64,000 nt of DNA from contig CAVPCR010000002.1 of assembly GCA_963702435.1 (NCBI GenBank), positions 512,001 through 576,000 on the forward strand, in the 5' to 3' direction. The number at the start of each line of letters is the position of its first letter. Within the stretch, counting starts at the first letter, position 1. Made by a program: the position numbers and the translations under genes. This stretch comes from Candidatus Eiseniibacteriota bacterium (GTDB lineage Bacteria > Eisenbacteria > RBG-16-71-46 > CAVPCR01). Below the pieces are notes generated by a model. That model was not told where the DNA came from and made no database searches. It saw only the letters and a program-made list of their open reading frames with translations. This document shows, piece after piece, positions 62,858 through 64,000 of this stretch.

Positions 62858-63379
62858 TCAGGGGCGCCGGCCGGCGCGGGCGGCCGCGATGGCCCACGCG
62901 GCCGCCGCCCCCGATTCGGCGAAGGTGTGAATGGGCGGCGCCTCGTGTCCTTCGCGCGCCATCTCCCAGCTCCCGAGCGCCGCCACCGGCACGCCGATCT
63001 TGAGCGCCAGCGCGATCTCGGACAGGGTGCCGTAGCTCCCGCCGACGGCCACGAGCGCCTCGGCCGTGTGCACGAGGATCACGTTCCGCGCGTGCCCGAG
63101 ATCGGTCACGATCGGGATCGTGATCCACGGATTGGCGTCGGCCGCGCACGCTCCCGGCAGGATGCCGATCGTCTGTCCACCCGCCTCCCGGGCGCCGCGG
63201 GCCGCCGCCGTCATGACCCCGCCGAGCCCCCCGGTGACGACGACTGCGCCGGCGCGCGCGAGCGCGGCGCCGAGCTGCTCGGCGAGCGTCATCGCGTTCG
63301 CCAGTCCGGGATCGTCGCCCGCCCCCGCACCGGAGACGGCGATGCGGAGCGGCGGCTCGCGATCGGCGGCCGCCGCCAC
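62858..63379 (-). CDS. LOG-like Rossmann-fold protein (TIGR00725-type)
   Basis: TGGLGGVM, TIGILPG, LGHARNVI, GGSYGTLSEI motifs. Confidence 0.9.
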   Translation of the reverse strand: MAAAADREPPLRIAVSGAGAGDDPGLANAMTLAEQLGAALARAGAVVVTGGLGGVMTAAARGAREAGGQTIGILPGACAADANPWITIPIVTDLGHARNVILVHTAEALVAVGGSYGTLSEIALALKIGVPVAALGSWEMAREGHEAPPIHTFAESGAAAAWAIAAARAGRRP

Positions 63380-63381
63380 GG

Positions 63382-64000
63382 TCAGGCTCCGGCCTCGAGC
63401 CCGGCGGGGAGCCGGCCGGCCTCGGCGCCCGCGGGGTCGGCGTAGAGCGGGAAGCTCCGCGCGAGCTCGGCCACCTCGCCCTTGACCTGGGCGATCGTCG
63501 CCTCGTCACCGAGCTGCGCGATCACCCGCCCGATCAGGCGGCCGATCCGCCGCATCTCCTCCTCGCGCATGCCGCGCGTCGTGAGCGCCGGGGTGCCGAT
63601 GCGAACACCCGAGGTCACGAAGGGCTTCTGCGGGTCGAAGGGCACCGCGTTCTTGTTGACCGTGATCCCGGCGCGCTCGAGCGCCGCCTCGGTGTCCTTG
63701 CCGGTGAGCCCGCGCCGGCGGAGATCGACGAGCAAGAGATGGGTGTCGGTGCCGCCGGAGACGAGATCCACGTCGGCGGCGAGCAGCGACTCGGCGAGCG
63801 CCTTCGCGTTCGCGACGATCTGCCGCGCGTAGGCGCGGAACTCCGCCGTCATCGCGAGCCGGAAGCAGACCGCCTTGGCCGCGATCACGTGCATGAGCGG
63901 GCCGCCCTGCATCCCCGGGAAGATGGTCTTGTCGATGGCCTTGGCGTGCTCCTCGGTCGCAGAGGATGAACCCGGAGCGCGGCCCGCGCAGGGTCTTGTG
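63382..64000 (-). CDS. glyA: serine hydroxymethyltransferase, 3' part (one apparent indel near 63960)
   Basis: [41 protein letters not shown] motifs. Confidence 0.96.
   Translation of the reverse strand, partial: TRPCAGRAPGSSSATEEHAKAIDKTIFPGMQGGPLMHVIAAKAVCFRLAMTAEFRAYARQIVANAKALAESLLAADVDLVSGGTDTHLLLVDLRRRGLTGKDTEAALERAGITVNKNAVPFDPQKPFVTSGVRIGTPALTTRGMREEEMRRIGRLIGRVIAQLGDEATIAQVKGEVAELARSFPLYADPAGAEAGRLPAGLEAGA

Overview
High-GC bacterial chromosome segment. The rplM-rpsI-rpsB-tsf gene order and FlgD/T9SS-like C-terminal tails suggest an FCB-related lineage such as Ca. Eisenbacteria/Latescibacterota (inference). 1-23 kb is a minus-strand housekeeping run: dxr, cdsA, uppS, frr, pyrH, tsf, rpsB, rpsI, rplM, mtnA, maf, dtd, rel, rnpB, rnhA, a zinc-ribbon protein, two tRNAs, rpoD (several indels, probably assembly errors), dnaG, mutS2, cvpA, rpsU, rsmE, dnaJ, grpE. 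23-48 kb holds envelope and signalling genes: GT4 and GT9 glycosyltransferases, a secreted 4-repeat protein, an HK/RR pair, icd, a PTS EIIA with a mini zinc-ribbon protein, a putative sigma54-driven barrel+lipoprotein pair, AsmA, tandem M14 carboxypeptidases and an FHA-GAF-PP2C. 48.6-56.4 kb is an apparent island bounded by IS debris and a gene remnant. It encodes DUF485, ActP, a porin and the most unusual gene in the window: a membrane receptor fusing PHP phosphoesterase, sCache, PAS, CBS and DUF294 nucleotidyltransferase domains. 56.4-64 kb is a six-gene fatty-acid modification cluster, a LOG-family gene and partial glyA. All calls come from motif recognition by eye; no searches were run.
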